NCBI GenBank assembly: GCA_904063045.1
Contig: CAJFCJ010000002.1
Span: forward strand, 3,839,891 to 3,903,890
Source: Dimorphilus gyrociliatus
Lineage: Eukaryota > Animalia > Annelida
Direction: 5' to 3'
DNA: 64,000 bases
Shown here: positions 12,435-23,150 of the stretch, one piece after another
Position numbering within the stretch: the stretch's first letter is position 1
How the letters are laid out: the number at the start of each line of letters is the position of its first letter
Position numbers and translations under genes: made by a program
Notes under the pieces: generated by a model
What the model was told of the DNA's origin: nothing
The model's input: only the letters and a program-made list of their open reading frames with translations
The model's database searches: none

Positions 12435-15355
12435 TTATTTCACATTATCAAAAAAGAAAATGCCATCCTGGCAACACAGTAAGATGTTCCGAAAGCTCTT
12501 TTGTCAGAGATTTATATCCATATGTCACCGGCAAATACTTTATAAAAGTATATATAACATTAGCCAACCATATTATAAAGGAAACTACAAGTAACTTTTT
12601 GGCTATCCTCCTGTCGTTGAGTTATAGGTATTTAAAGTAACGTATTTATCATTATAAAGAATAATTTCTTACCCAGATATAGCATAAATGTGTTTGAAAG
12701 TCGCACCAAATAAGAGAAATTTGAAGACAAGCGCTGGCAAGTACATATATATAAACGGAGACAAAAAGTCGCTGAACAGTATGTAGGGCAAGTATAAGGT
12801 CAAATATGGAAGTAATAAGCAAAAACCAGACATTTTAAAGGAAATCCAAGTTCCTGGAAAGTATTCATTTCAATAATGAACTTAACAAATTGAAAAATTT
12901 ACCCTCAGAAATGTCATAACATTTGCGTTTTCTTCTCAATATGTAGAAAATAACAAATGACATATAAGAAAAAATCATAATATTGGCAGTCATCCATATA
13001 GATACATTACATATAAAATGAATTTGTTGCTATTAGTAATGAAAAATTACAGTTAAAAAAAAGCGAACACATTTATTCTTAAGATAGAAACCTTTGACCC
13101 TGAATCATACCAATATGGAATATTTCTTTCACAAAACATCCAGTATAAAGGATAGCTTGTATATCTGTGCTCTATCATCTTTTTATCCTCTCTGCACATG
13201 GATTATTCAAATTTACGATCGAAATGAAAGCTGACCTCCTACAATACTTACGGAAATATCATTTTTGTCTGCAATTCAATATATTTTTGCCACAGGCTGA
13301 CTTTTCCTGACTGAGATCTATCACTTTTTGTTTGTAAATTTGGATTTCTTAATTGAGATTTTAAATAATCATACTGATTCCCAGAAAAACCTTCTGTTAT
13401 TTTATTTGAAATGTTAATTTGAATAATAGAAAGGTAAATTAACTTACCTGGTTCGAAATTGTATATATGATTTTCAACATTCCAACTAATGTAGGATTCC
13501 ATTCTATTTTTTACAGTTGTTACCTCGAGCTGTCTGAATCCCCAATCAGGCAGTCTCTGACCTGTTATCTACCAGTAAATAAAAAACACATTAAATACAG
13601 TATATCAAGTTGAACAATAAACTAACTCTTAAAAAAGTGTTGGTTTTGTTATGAATTAGTCTAGATGTCGATGTGATTGCTTCCCAATTAAAATTAGAAC
13701 TTTCCAAATTCCAGATATTGTAAGCAGGCATTGAAATATTATAATCAATGTATCCCGACACTTCTTGGTTTGTTGGTGTTACGGGTCCAGCAACGTTATG
13801 ACTATTCAAAAATTTCCCAGTAAATAGGTGAACTAATTGAAAAGGATCACCATTCTTTAATATTTCCAATTTGTTTTTGGCGAATAGTGAGGAGCTGCCT
13901 GGTTTCTTAACGATCCACCAATTATTTACATCTTGAAATTCGTAGCATGTAATTTGCTGCTGATGGCTACTACCCCGAGAATCAGAATATTTTATGGGAT
14001 AGCGGTCTTTATGGGAATGAAGCCAGCAATTATTTTCAGAATTTCTCAAAGTTATTTGTGACCCATAAGCTATCTTTGTCGGTTGACCCTTATCAAATTT
14101 TATAACTCCATCCAATAGTGTAGATTGAAAGGCAAGAGACATTTTATGGTCATGAGGACCAGATTTATTTAAAATCATTAGATGAATAAGAATAAGGCTT
14201 ATATAGGTTAAGCAAGGTAGAAATATTGAAAAAAATATTCGTATTGCCAGTTCCACTTGGAGAAACATCTGAAAAGCAAATTGATTAATCTTGAAGTGGC
14301 AAAATACCATAAATGAACAATAAAGATATATCAGATTGGTAAATGCATAAAACTAGCTAGGTTTGTATGAAAGTTTTTAATCTTGAAGACCTATCAACTA
14401 ACCGTCGTTATACTTTTTCTAGCTAATCTTGGCCAAAAGTCGATCAAGTTGAAAAATAGTGTTAAAAGCAATAGATATACTCCAGAATGTTTGCTTCTGT
14501 TTGTCAATTAATTTACAAATTAATTTAATTACTACATATGAGTTATGTTGCATTTAGAAGAGAAATAAAGTTAAAAGAATGGCATATTGAAACAAGAAAA
14601 AGTCACAATTCGTTACCTACCCAATGGCTAACCCAGCACTTATTCCCATAAGCGCTTGCCAAAATATCCAATCAATCTTTAGAACTGGTGTGAAATGTGA
14701 TTTTAAGTAAAAATAAACTATGAGCAGGCATACTAGAGCATAAATAACATCCGGTAGTATATATCTTGAATGTACTATAAGCGAATTTTCTATGGAAATT
14801 AATAGACTTTATTACATGAGAAGTGATCATAAATTTCATACCAAAAATAAATAATAAGGTGAAACTTGCGCAAATCCACCTTGGACATTTGAGCATCTTC
14901 AAAATTTCGTAAGAAAATAATGGAATGAGGCAACCAAAGAAAGCAGGAATTAAGCGTAAAAAAAAAACTGGGCAATCCGCGTGATAAGCTGCAGAGAAAA
15001 TAATGACAGAAGAAATTACTTTATTTAATTAAATTTGTACCTTGACCAATGGTATCATAATCAAACTCCCCATTGTAGCCGCCAAAAACTGCAGATAGTG
15101 CAACAAGCATTGTTGGAAAAGGAGGATTTGATTCAAAATAGAACTGTCGTTTCACATACATGGAGACATGTTTACCGAACACAATTTCATCAAATCTAAA
15201 AGTACCGATTTCTTAATTCTAGTTAACATCGCTTAAAATAAAAACTCTTACACAACGTGTCTTGGTTTCTCTAAACACCAAAATCGAGTTAGTAGACTCA
15301 ATACGAATATGAGTGATTGTAAGTAATCTATTTCTACTTTAGTGCTTAATCTCAT
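12435..15355 (-). CDS. POMT1: Protein O-mannosyltransferase 1 (multi-exon, MIR domains)
   Basis: LLTRFWCLEKPRHVV|FDEIVFGKH..; MIR region HSHKDRYPIKYSDSRGSSHQQQITCY..NNWWIV..LNSHNVAGPVTPTNQEVSGY matches POMT1 rather than POMT2. Ends are inferred by eye. Confidence 0.9.
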
Positions 15356-15727
15356 TCTTACAAAAATTAAAAAATTATCTGCGATAATAAAGGCGACAGC
15401 TTTTCGCCGAAATTTAAAAGATGCGATAATCGACTTTAATACATTTTGTATCAGAAATTCACATATCGATCAATCCAATACGATTTACAGACACGATTTA
15501 TTTACGGCCAATCATCTTTCTTGTAAAAGTAAAGCTATATGTTAACGATTCCTATTGGCCAAAGCAGATGTTTTAAAAGTTTATTTAAGACAGCAGGATA
15601 TTCTTTCACATCGATTTAAATGTACCTTAGAGATAGAATCATGATAAAATCTACATAGTTCAATATATATGAATACAAATTTAATTTATTGAATCACTTT
15701 GTATTGATACTTATATAACTTTATAAG

Positions 15728-17020
15728 TTATACTTGAGGAAGCACATAGCCAAGCGCTTTAAGAGCTTTACACAAAAATAGTTCATCTGGTATAAGGGCC
15801 CACCTATAAGAAAATGATAATGATATAGATGCTTCTATAACTTCTAAATCTTGTTCTGTTGCCTTTTTTCCTTTTTTCGAATGGCACTTTTGTCTATTAA
15901 CTATTAATAAAGGTTTTTCAGTATGTTTACGTAATCCTTCTGCAATTGGTTTAAGTAAATCCATTTCAAAATGAAGACCAAATACAATAGTTTTTAATCT
16001 TTTACAATTTGCGGCTAACTCTATTAATCCATTTTCGTAATTATCCATTAATGGTTGATAGGACCATCTAAAACTTACATGAGCAAACGTAGTGAGACTT
16101 TCACCATATATTTTCGTAATGTACATATAATCTTCAGCGCTAATTTGATTACATAAACTATCCAACACCAAAGATTTTAGAGGCATATGTGGAAATATTT
16201 CCTTTGAGAAAGACCTTTCTTTTATGTTCATATGTATAGACAAAGAGTTCTTGAAATGATGATGAATCTTATACCAGTCAATTGTAATGTACTCTGTTGA
16301 CTGAAGCGTTGTTGTTGTGTCATTATTAACCAAAATAATTTTTTTTAAAGATTCCATGTTCATGATCAAGTGTAAGTTGTCTTGAACGACATTTAAGATA
16401 AGAGTTGTCAAATTTTTACATGAACATAATAACTCTAACAATTCCGGAATAGTCTGACTGAAATCTATATAGCAAAGCGATGTTAAATTCATCCTATAGC
16501 ATAAAATTAAATTGAGCTGTAAACCAATGTTCTGAATAAGAGTCAAGTGTAATTTTGTCTTTTCGTTCAAAAATTCAGGCAGTATCTTTGTATGCATTTT
16601 TTGTTTAAATCCGCTGAAGTTACAAACAATGTATAAATCTCTTAAATTTTCATTGTCGAAATTGTAGCTTTTCTCGTCATAGAATGATTCCAACATTAAT
16701 TTTATAGTAGTCATAAATTTGCTGTAACAGTCGAAGGTGAATTGACCAACTCTCAAATTTTTTCTGAACCAGTATGTTTGACCGTAATGAAGAACAAACG
16801 TTGGAATAGAACATTCCAGAGATCTTCGAAGATTCATTACATCATTTCCATACAGACGGAATACAGGCCAATGGTCAACACATTCCAAATTCTTATCTTG
16901 CCAAAAAGAATTCTTTTTCCGCCTCAAGGTTGAGCAAACTCTAGTCATAGAGAGCCTATCCTCCCAAGGAAGCATTCGAATGACTTCTCTGAGAACGGTG
17001 TCGGGAAGTTCAATCAACAT
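15728..17020 (-). CDS. F-box protein with degenerate leucine-rich C-terminal region, single coding exon
   Basis: N-terminal LIELPDTVLREVIRMLPWEDRLSMTRVCS is an F-box consensus; downstream LxxLxL-type repeats (CKNLTTLILN, CKRLKTIVFG). Confidence 0.8.
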   Translation of the reverse strand: MLIELPDTVLREVIRMLPWEDRLSMTRVCSTLRRKKNSFWQDKNLECVDHWPVFRLYGNDVMNLRRSLECSIPTFVLHYGQTYWFRKNLRVGQFTFDCYSKFMTTIKLMLESFYDEKSYNFDNENLRDLYIVCNFSGFKQKMHTKILPEFLNEKTKLHLTLIQNIGLQLNLILCYRMNLTSLCYIDFSQTIPELLELLCSCKNLTTLILNVVQDNLHLIMNMESLKKIILVNNDTTTTLQSTEYITIDWYKIHHHFKNSLSIHMNIKERSFSKEIFPHMPLKSLVLDSLCNQISAEDYMYITKIYGESLTTFAHVSFRWSYQPLMDNYENGLIELAANCKRLKTIVFGLHFEMDLLKPIAEGLRKHTEKPLLIVNRQKCHSKKGKKATEQDLEVIEASISLSFSYRWALIPDELFLCKALKALGYVLPQV

Positions 17021-17302
17021 GCCTGCATTGAAAAGGCATCAAAAATTACTGTATAGCTTTTGTTATTATAAAATCAACTATTGACTAAAATGTTGTAATA
17101 CTCTGAAGTGTAAATTAATAGCTTAATCTGCAGTAGTGATAATCTGTTATTTTTTTGTTTTAATTCATCTCACTTCCACTTCGCTAATAAATAAATGTCC
17201 TTAGTCTTATTTGAGACATAATCACATTTATTTTGTGAAATTTTGTGACGAATTACGAAACAACTGGTGTGTTCAGAACGCTTAAAAAGATGTTTAGTAA
17301 TA

Positions 17303-18388
17303 TCATTGCGATAATTGTTCAAGACGTTTCGTAATCCAGTTTTCCTCGGTGTGAAATTTAAATTCTTTAAAAAATTCTTGCAATTTTCTGTATCTTTCCT
17401 TCACATCTATACCACATAATATCTTCAATTTTCTGAGATCAACGGGACATAAATGCATGGATTGTCGAATATCCTCCTCTAAATGTCCGGATCCATTCAT
17501 ACAGCAATCGAAGTAGATACAATGACCGATTCCTAGTAAATGGCCCATCTCGTGAACCAGAAGAGTACAACTTCTTTTAAGTAACAGATTCCACCTCTCA
17601 TCTACTCTACATGCATTTTCTTCATACTTATGCCAAAATTCTGTGCAAAATTTAAGAGTTGGGTCGTACCGTTTTAGGCTGAAAATTGCTGACCTACTGG
17701 CACCGGAAGCCATTCCTGACACAAAAAGATCTCTCTTGTCGGCATACAACTCCTCCATTGTCAGAGCTATTACAAACAAAGCGTCATCAGGAATACGACT
17801 TGAAATTTCCTTTAAGCAGGAATCAATAAGGAATTGAAATCTTTTAGTTTTCTTATGAAATCGTGATTTAATCATTATTAATTCTCCATCTGTCGATTGC
17901 CAGAAAGTCTGTCCTTTTTTTACGTCAACAACAACTTCGAATGGATCCAACACTTTTATGGGTATGTTGTAGAATATAGAGGCATATCTAACAAGTTCTT
18001 TAATTGTATCGATGTCTCCAAAATCCAATTTCCCCACTGGAATAATGTAAGCTTTAGCTTCCGGATACTTTTCACAAATTGTCGATCCTTTTGGGGAAAA
18101 TGCCTTTGAACTCAAACCTCTTACAGGTTTACGGGAGAGCCATGGATTGGTCTTTATGTATTCAGAACATGTCTGCCCTCTTTCTGCATATACAGCAAGC
18201 CAATCATACTTTGTGTTCGGAGGTGGTAATTCTTTGAACAGTTCCTGATTGGGTTGAAAGGTTAATTCAATATCTTCTAGCTTTGTCCTCTTAATTGCTT
18301 TTAACTTGTCAGAATCACTTGGTATCTTGAATCCTCTTGCGTAAGGAATTTTAGTGGTTTTTTTTCGTTCCTGACGTTTCTTCGGCAT
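17303..18388 (-). CDS. AMZ2: Archaemetzincin (M54 zinc metalloprotease), single exon
   Basis: HEMGHLLGIGHC (HExxHxxGxxHC) followed by CCMNGSGHLEE and HLCPVDLRKL. Confidence 0.92.
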   Translation of the reverse strand: MPKKRQERKKTTKIPYARGFKIPSDSDKLKAIKRTKLEDIELTFQPNQELFKELPPPNTKYDWLAVYAERGQTCSEYIKTNPWLSRKPVRGLSSKAFSPKGSTICEKYPEAKAYIIPVGKLDFGDIDTIKELVRYASIFYNIPIKVLDPFEVVVDVKKGQTFWQSTDGELIMIKSRFHKKTKRFQFLIDSCLKEISSRIPDDALFVIALTMEELYADKRDLFVSGMASGASRSAIFSLKRYDPTLKFCTEFWHKYEENACRVDERWNLLLKRSCTLLVHEMGHLLGIGHCIYFDCCMNGSGHLEEDIRQSMHLCPVDLRKLKILCGIDVKERYRKLQEFFKEFKFHTEENWITKRLEQLSQ

Positions 18389-19004
18389 GGTTCATTCTGT
18401 TTTAACAACAACTTCCGCACTAACTTATATACAGAACTTTATAGGCCCATCTTTTATGTATACAAACTCTCTTCATCTGGTATCCCAGTTACAGAATGGT
18501 ATTAACTAAACTATTAGTACATTGTGTTATATAGTTGCTATATGCTGATACTGTTCGATTGAATCAGACAATCTGAAATGTAATAGGTAATTGGGATTAC
18601 GCAATTATCACTATTGTGACAAATTGCACAACACTGCGTAAAGCAGACAGAAGCATAAGATAGGACGGCTGACATATTGTTTAAACTAACCGTCATTTAT
18701 AAAAAAAAGAATTATAAACATTAATAAAACTGTTTCACCTGTTGCTTAGCTACACTATGTTCTATAATAATTGAAAGTGATTAAATCTAAGTCAATAAAA
18801 TAACATTTTTTCACTTAAATATTCGGCTGGTTATTAACCGGTGAAGCTGGTTTTATTTGAACTGATCGGTTCTTTGAAAAACGTTTCCAATAACATGGTT
18901 GCGTATCCAAATATTGCGGAAGACAGTACTGGATTATAAATATTATAAATGTTTTTTAAGAATCTAAAAAGAATACGAAAAATATTTCATATATTTTATT
19001 CACG

Positions 19005-20096
19005 CTATGTTTTGTGAACATTTTTTAATTTAGGTGTTTGTGGTATTTTTGGGATATTTAATCTATTTCTTAGCTCTTCCAAGTCTGTTTCCCACTCTTC
19101 TTCAAAGTAAACGTTAAAAAAGGACTTAGCCTTTAGTCCAGTCTGTACAGCAAAAGGAAAGTGTGTGGTAAAGTATATATTTCTATGTCTGCAAGAAGTC
19201 GAAATTTGAATTTAGTTGTTTATAAATAAGTCAAATTTGTATTACTTAGGCCCTAGTCTAATTGGACCACCCAGTCCTCCCAAAACACACATTGGCAGTC
19301 TAAATAAACAAATATTTCAAAATTATTAATGGGAATCATATCTTACAAAATAACTTTACCGTGTTTGTAACCCTTCAACAACTTTAACAACAACTTCACC
19401 CAACATATTTGTAGGCATACCACATAGTAAATGGACCAAATCGTGAATTTCCCTATAACGTGTCATGACGTAAGCTAAAGAAGGATCGTCAACAAATTCT
19501 ACTGGGAGACGATCATCAGGATGAATTCCGTTTTCATTCAAAAATCTGATATATCTGAAAAGTTGAAAATTTCAAAAAGTTTCTATGCAGCTTAAACATT
19601 TCTTATACTCGTGGCCTAATGTTCCTTCAGGCAATTTCGCTAATTCATCCAGATCTACAGTTGCAGAATTGATTCTCGGCTGATCAGCTAGAATCCTTCT
19701 CCCTGTTGGATCATTTGACATACACGATTGCATGTATTTCAGAGAACACTCTCCAGTGGATTCACCCATCAACGCCACCATGTCTCCTCTTTTCGGATTT
19801 GTTAAAGCAAGTATACCGGATCCCATGCCCAAGAGAAATTTTTGAAATTTAGTTGTCTGAATATGACCATCATAAGCTGGCTTTGACTCAATAACCGGCT
19901 CTTCCAAAACGCCTATTGGGCGATAATACATATTTTAAAGGATAAATCAAAATAATAACCAGCGTATTGAAGATAGTATTATTTTTATTAGCATACCCTG
20001 TTCCGATATTTTTCGTGTACAAATTCTTAATACATTATTTGTTCTACTTAAAAACGACAAGGGTTTCTGAAAGGTAATTCTTGATAAATATCCCAT
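19005..20096 (-). CDS. COQ4: Ubiquinone biosynthesis protein COQ4 (multi-exon)
   Basis: Basic, amphipathic N-terminal exon [18 protein letters not shown] (mitochondrial presequence-like), then [34 protein letters not shown] (HDxxH) and EEEWE. Confidence 0.93.
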
Positions 20097-20584
20097 TCTT
20101 CTCACCAAGCTCACTAACAGTGTTATGATAGTTCAATGACCTTCTTTCTCTACAAAGTACACAGCTTGGGTATTTATTAAACTCTTTCACCTTTGAAGGA
20201 CTATCCACTAAGTTTATGCCTTCTAGAAATTTTTGACGGTTTACTAAATATCTTTTTTCTAGGGCCACTTGTTCAGTTTTACTACTGTCAATAAAAGCGT
20301 GACTCTATTTCAAAATCCTTTTTGATTTTATTCAATCCATTAAATATCCTGATTTTTGAGTTATTAACGGAAATTGATTACTGAATTTAATATAGAAGAG
20401 CTATTTATTTTCTTTATTAAAAACTTAATGAAGAAAGTTTGTTATATGGTGTCATATATTTAAAATTAGTACACTGTCTAATACATGTTAATATTTCATC
20501 AATATGTGCTCCACATTTCAAAATTTAAGATGCAAAGAAATAAATATCTCTAGGTGAAACATTTCGTATTCGCTGCATAAAAGT

Positions 20585-20950
20585 CAAATGTTGAATCTTC
20601 CATTTTGGATTTCCAAATCATTATATATTCCACAAAAAGTATTTCCATTCTTATCAATCAAAATATGTATTCTTCTTCCAAACGGTAGCTCCAGAATCAA
20701 GTGTGATGAGTGTCTGAATACTGATTAGCATAGAGAACCACCCTCATATAGCTCTTTGATGTCAACTTTTCGTTATCCGTATCTTTATAGGCTGTTTTGC
20801 GTTTTAATTTTGATTGTTGATCCTGTAGTGCTTGATCAGGTACATTCTTTCATCAAAAGTATGCTAGCAAGGTTGTAAATTTGCTAAAGGAATTTCCGTT
20901 TCTTTATTCTGATAAAAGGCCTTCCAAATCTTCAAATTTTTAGTTTATAT
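20585..20950 (-). pseudogene. Degenerate partial duplicate of TANGO2
   Basis: 20867-20932 aligns to 22163-22228 at about 83% identity (KIWKAFYQNKETEIPLANLQPC* vs [23 protein letters not shown]). 20827-20850 matches 21987-22010 at 23/24 nt. Contains an in-frame stop, a deletion of about 135 nt and frameshifts. Confidence 0.75.
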
Positions 20951-21164
20951 CCACCCTTCTCCAGTTATTTAATAATGCAGATGACTTATATAATCATCTC
21001 GCAGATAGGAGTCAAAAATTCTCCATCATAGAAACTCGAAATGAAAATCATGCGGTGATCCAATTTATTAAGTTATAAGCAAGTATATAAATTTTAGAAA
21101 AATTGACATAAACTCTTAATAGTTAATACAAATGCAATGAGTTAAACAAAGGACTATGGAAAAG

Positions 21165-22819
21165 TTATCGGAAAAATCCTAGTTTAGATTTCAACCATTC
21201 TTCGTCAAGTTCTTCTGTTGAACGAACTTCAAACACTTTCGTAAATTGGGCAACCTTAACCAAGTTCGACTTGCTGCCAGCATACATCATTTGTAATTCG
21301 GGTTTACAACCGAAAGGCGATACAAAGATAAAGCAGATAGGATAGGAAACTCGTCCATCGTCATGCTTATAACAATAACTGTAAGCCACAAAACGAGGTT
21401 GACTCGCAGGAATTTCATTAGCTAATTCTTCAATGCTAATATTATCATATTCATCTTCATCAAAACTGTCGTCGTTCACAATTAACATCTTCTCAGTGTC
21501 AATCTTCACTGTAAAAGGTTATTTTATTTGATTCAGGCTAAAGACAGACAATGAAACTTACTTAAAAATGCCCTATTCTTTTTTTCCTGACTAAATCGAA
21601 ACTTTTTGATCTTGTCCAGCAAAGCTGGATCAACGTCACAAATTTTCATATTGACACTCTGGAAAAACGTATAAATATTTTGATTAGTTTAAGAGAGCAA
21701 CTACCAAAAAATTAATAAATTTTGCCGTAAGTTTATAGATAACTCTATTAAATTCTTTGACAAAAAATAATATATTGTAAGCAATTAAAAATCAAAATGT
21801 GAAGTTATCCAATTTGGATTTTGAAGGTCAATTGGTTCAGTCATTGTTTTTTCTTCATAATGAAAATTTCCTTTTTTATCGACCAAAACAATGGTATGTG
21901 TTCTCGTTCCATAAGAGCTTTCCGGAATTTTTACTCTAATAGAACTATAACACGATGGATCTTTCACATGACTTAATTGGTTGTAAAGTGCTTGATCAGG
22001 TAAATTCTTTTTAGAATCTGATAACATATTCAATAGTTGAGCTTTCAAGTCATCTCTCTGTTTCACATTGTTATACTTTTCTACTATATTTTGAAACAAT
22101 TTTCTCCCGTATTCTATTTTTTTCCATGGCTTATTATCCGGACAATTGCCGAAAACATGATAGCCAGGTTGTAAATTTAAGAAAGGAATTTCCATTTCTT
22201 TATTTTGATAGAAGCTTCTCCAAATCTTATTTTCCTTTTCTAGAAGAATCAAATGGTATGGATTATAATTTGCTCTCTTCTTTGAGCATTTTTCGAGATA
22301 TACACAACTATCATCTGAACCAGTTACAAAATCTTTAACAAGTGTTCCTCTAGTAGGTTTCGTTAAATCTGGTTCACAGGAAATGTTTAATAGAACACCT
22401 ATTCTTTCTCGTTTTGATACTCCAAGCCATGTACCACCTCCCATTTCATCTATTCCTCCAATACAATCACTATAATCCGACCAAAAATTGGCACTAAGTG
22501 TTGGTTTTGTTATAACTTCATCTCTATTACTTGCAATAATTACGCTATAACCGTCTTCAGACGATGGATCATTACAAAAGTAGACAAAGAGCATACACAT
22601 GATGTCTAATGAAAAATAAATGACCTAAAACCAAGTTGACCTTAGAAATGGGAGTGCTACCTTTGATGCTTTAGGCCTACTCAGAAATTAGCGGAACATA
22701 CGATGATTATTCATTTTAGATGCCAGATTTTTTTTTGCAAATAAATATGAGTAGTATTCAACGGCTTAAGATATTTTAATATTATTTTACTGGGTATCAA
22801 TAACATTTAAACTTACCAT
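21165..22819 (-). CDS. GMF: Glia maturation factor (ADF-H family); inferred exon 1 ends in the ATG at 22817-22819
   Basis: ATG|GTAAGT at 22819-22811 splices in frame to tttttccag|AGT GTC AAT ATG AAA ATT TGT GAC ([23 protein letters not shown]); [36 protein letters not shown]. Confidence 0.9.
21785..22600 (-). CDS. TANGO2: Transport and Golgi organization protein 2 (NRDE family), single coding exon
   Basis: Starts MCMLF; [40 protein letters not shown]. Confidence 0.95.
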   Translation of the reverse strand: MCMLFVYFCNDPSSEDGYSVIIASNRDEVITKPTLSANFWSDYSDCIGGIDEMGGGTWLGVSKRERIGVLLNISCEPDLTKPTRGTLVKDFVTGSDDSCVYLEKCSKKRANYNPYHLILLEKENKIWRSFYQNKEMEIPFLNLQPGYHVFGNCPDNKPWKKIEYGRKLFQNIVEKYNNVKQRDDLKAQLLNMLSDSKKNLPDQALYNQLSHVKDPSCYSSIRVKIPESSYGTRTHTIVLVDKKGNFHYEEKTMTEPIDLQNPNWITSHFDF

Positions 22820-23150
22820 TTCTCTTAATTCAGCTGTTTCAGTTAAGACCGCCTACTTTTTCTTTGTTTACAATGGAACTCTACGCAAGCACTTTCAGAA
22901 AGTGGAATAAACTGGTTCCAGGCCCAATTTTCTCATATTTTCTTCTGCATGCTCCAGACCTGAGAGTGACTACTTCCGAAGTTTTTCTACCAGTTTGAAA
23001 AAATATATGCAAGGGATTTAAGGTAAATAATATATTTCCATTGATACAAATTCTTATTATATATAATATTTAGCTGTAGAACATTACGTCTTATATCTTT
23101 ATTGGCTTTTATTCCACATTTTCAAGGAGTTGTTTAAATTCGTTATAACC

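Noticed and set aside
20044-20330. Open frame (..ALEKRYLVNRQKFLEG..YPSCVLC..) overlapping the COQ4 start in another frame
   Set aside because: No ATG (the track start is GTG), no recognisable family, and its 3' part is explained by the COQ4 first exon in a different frame.
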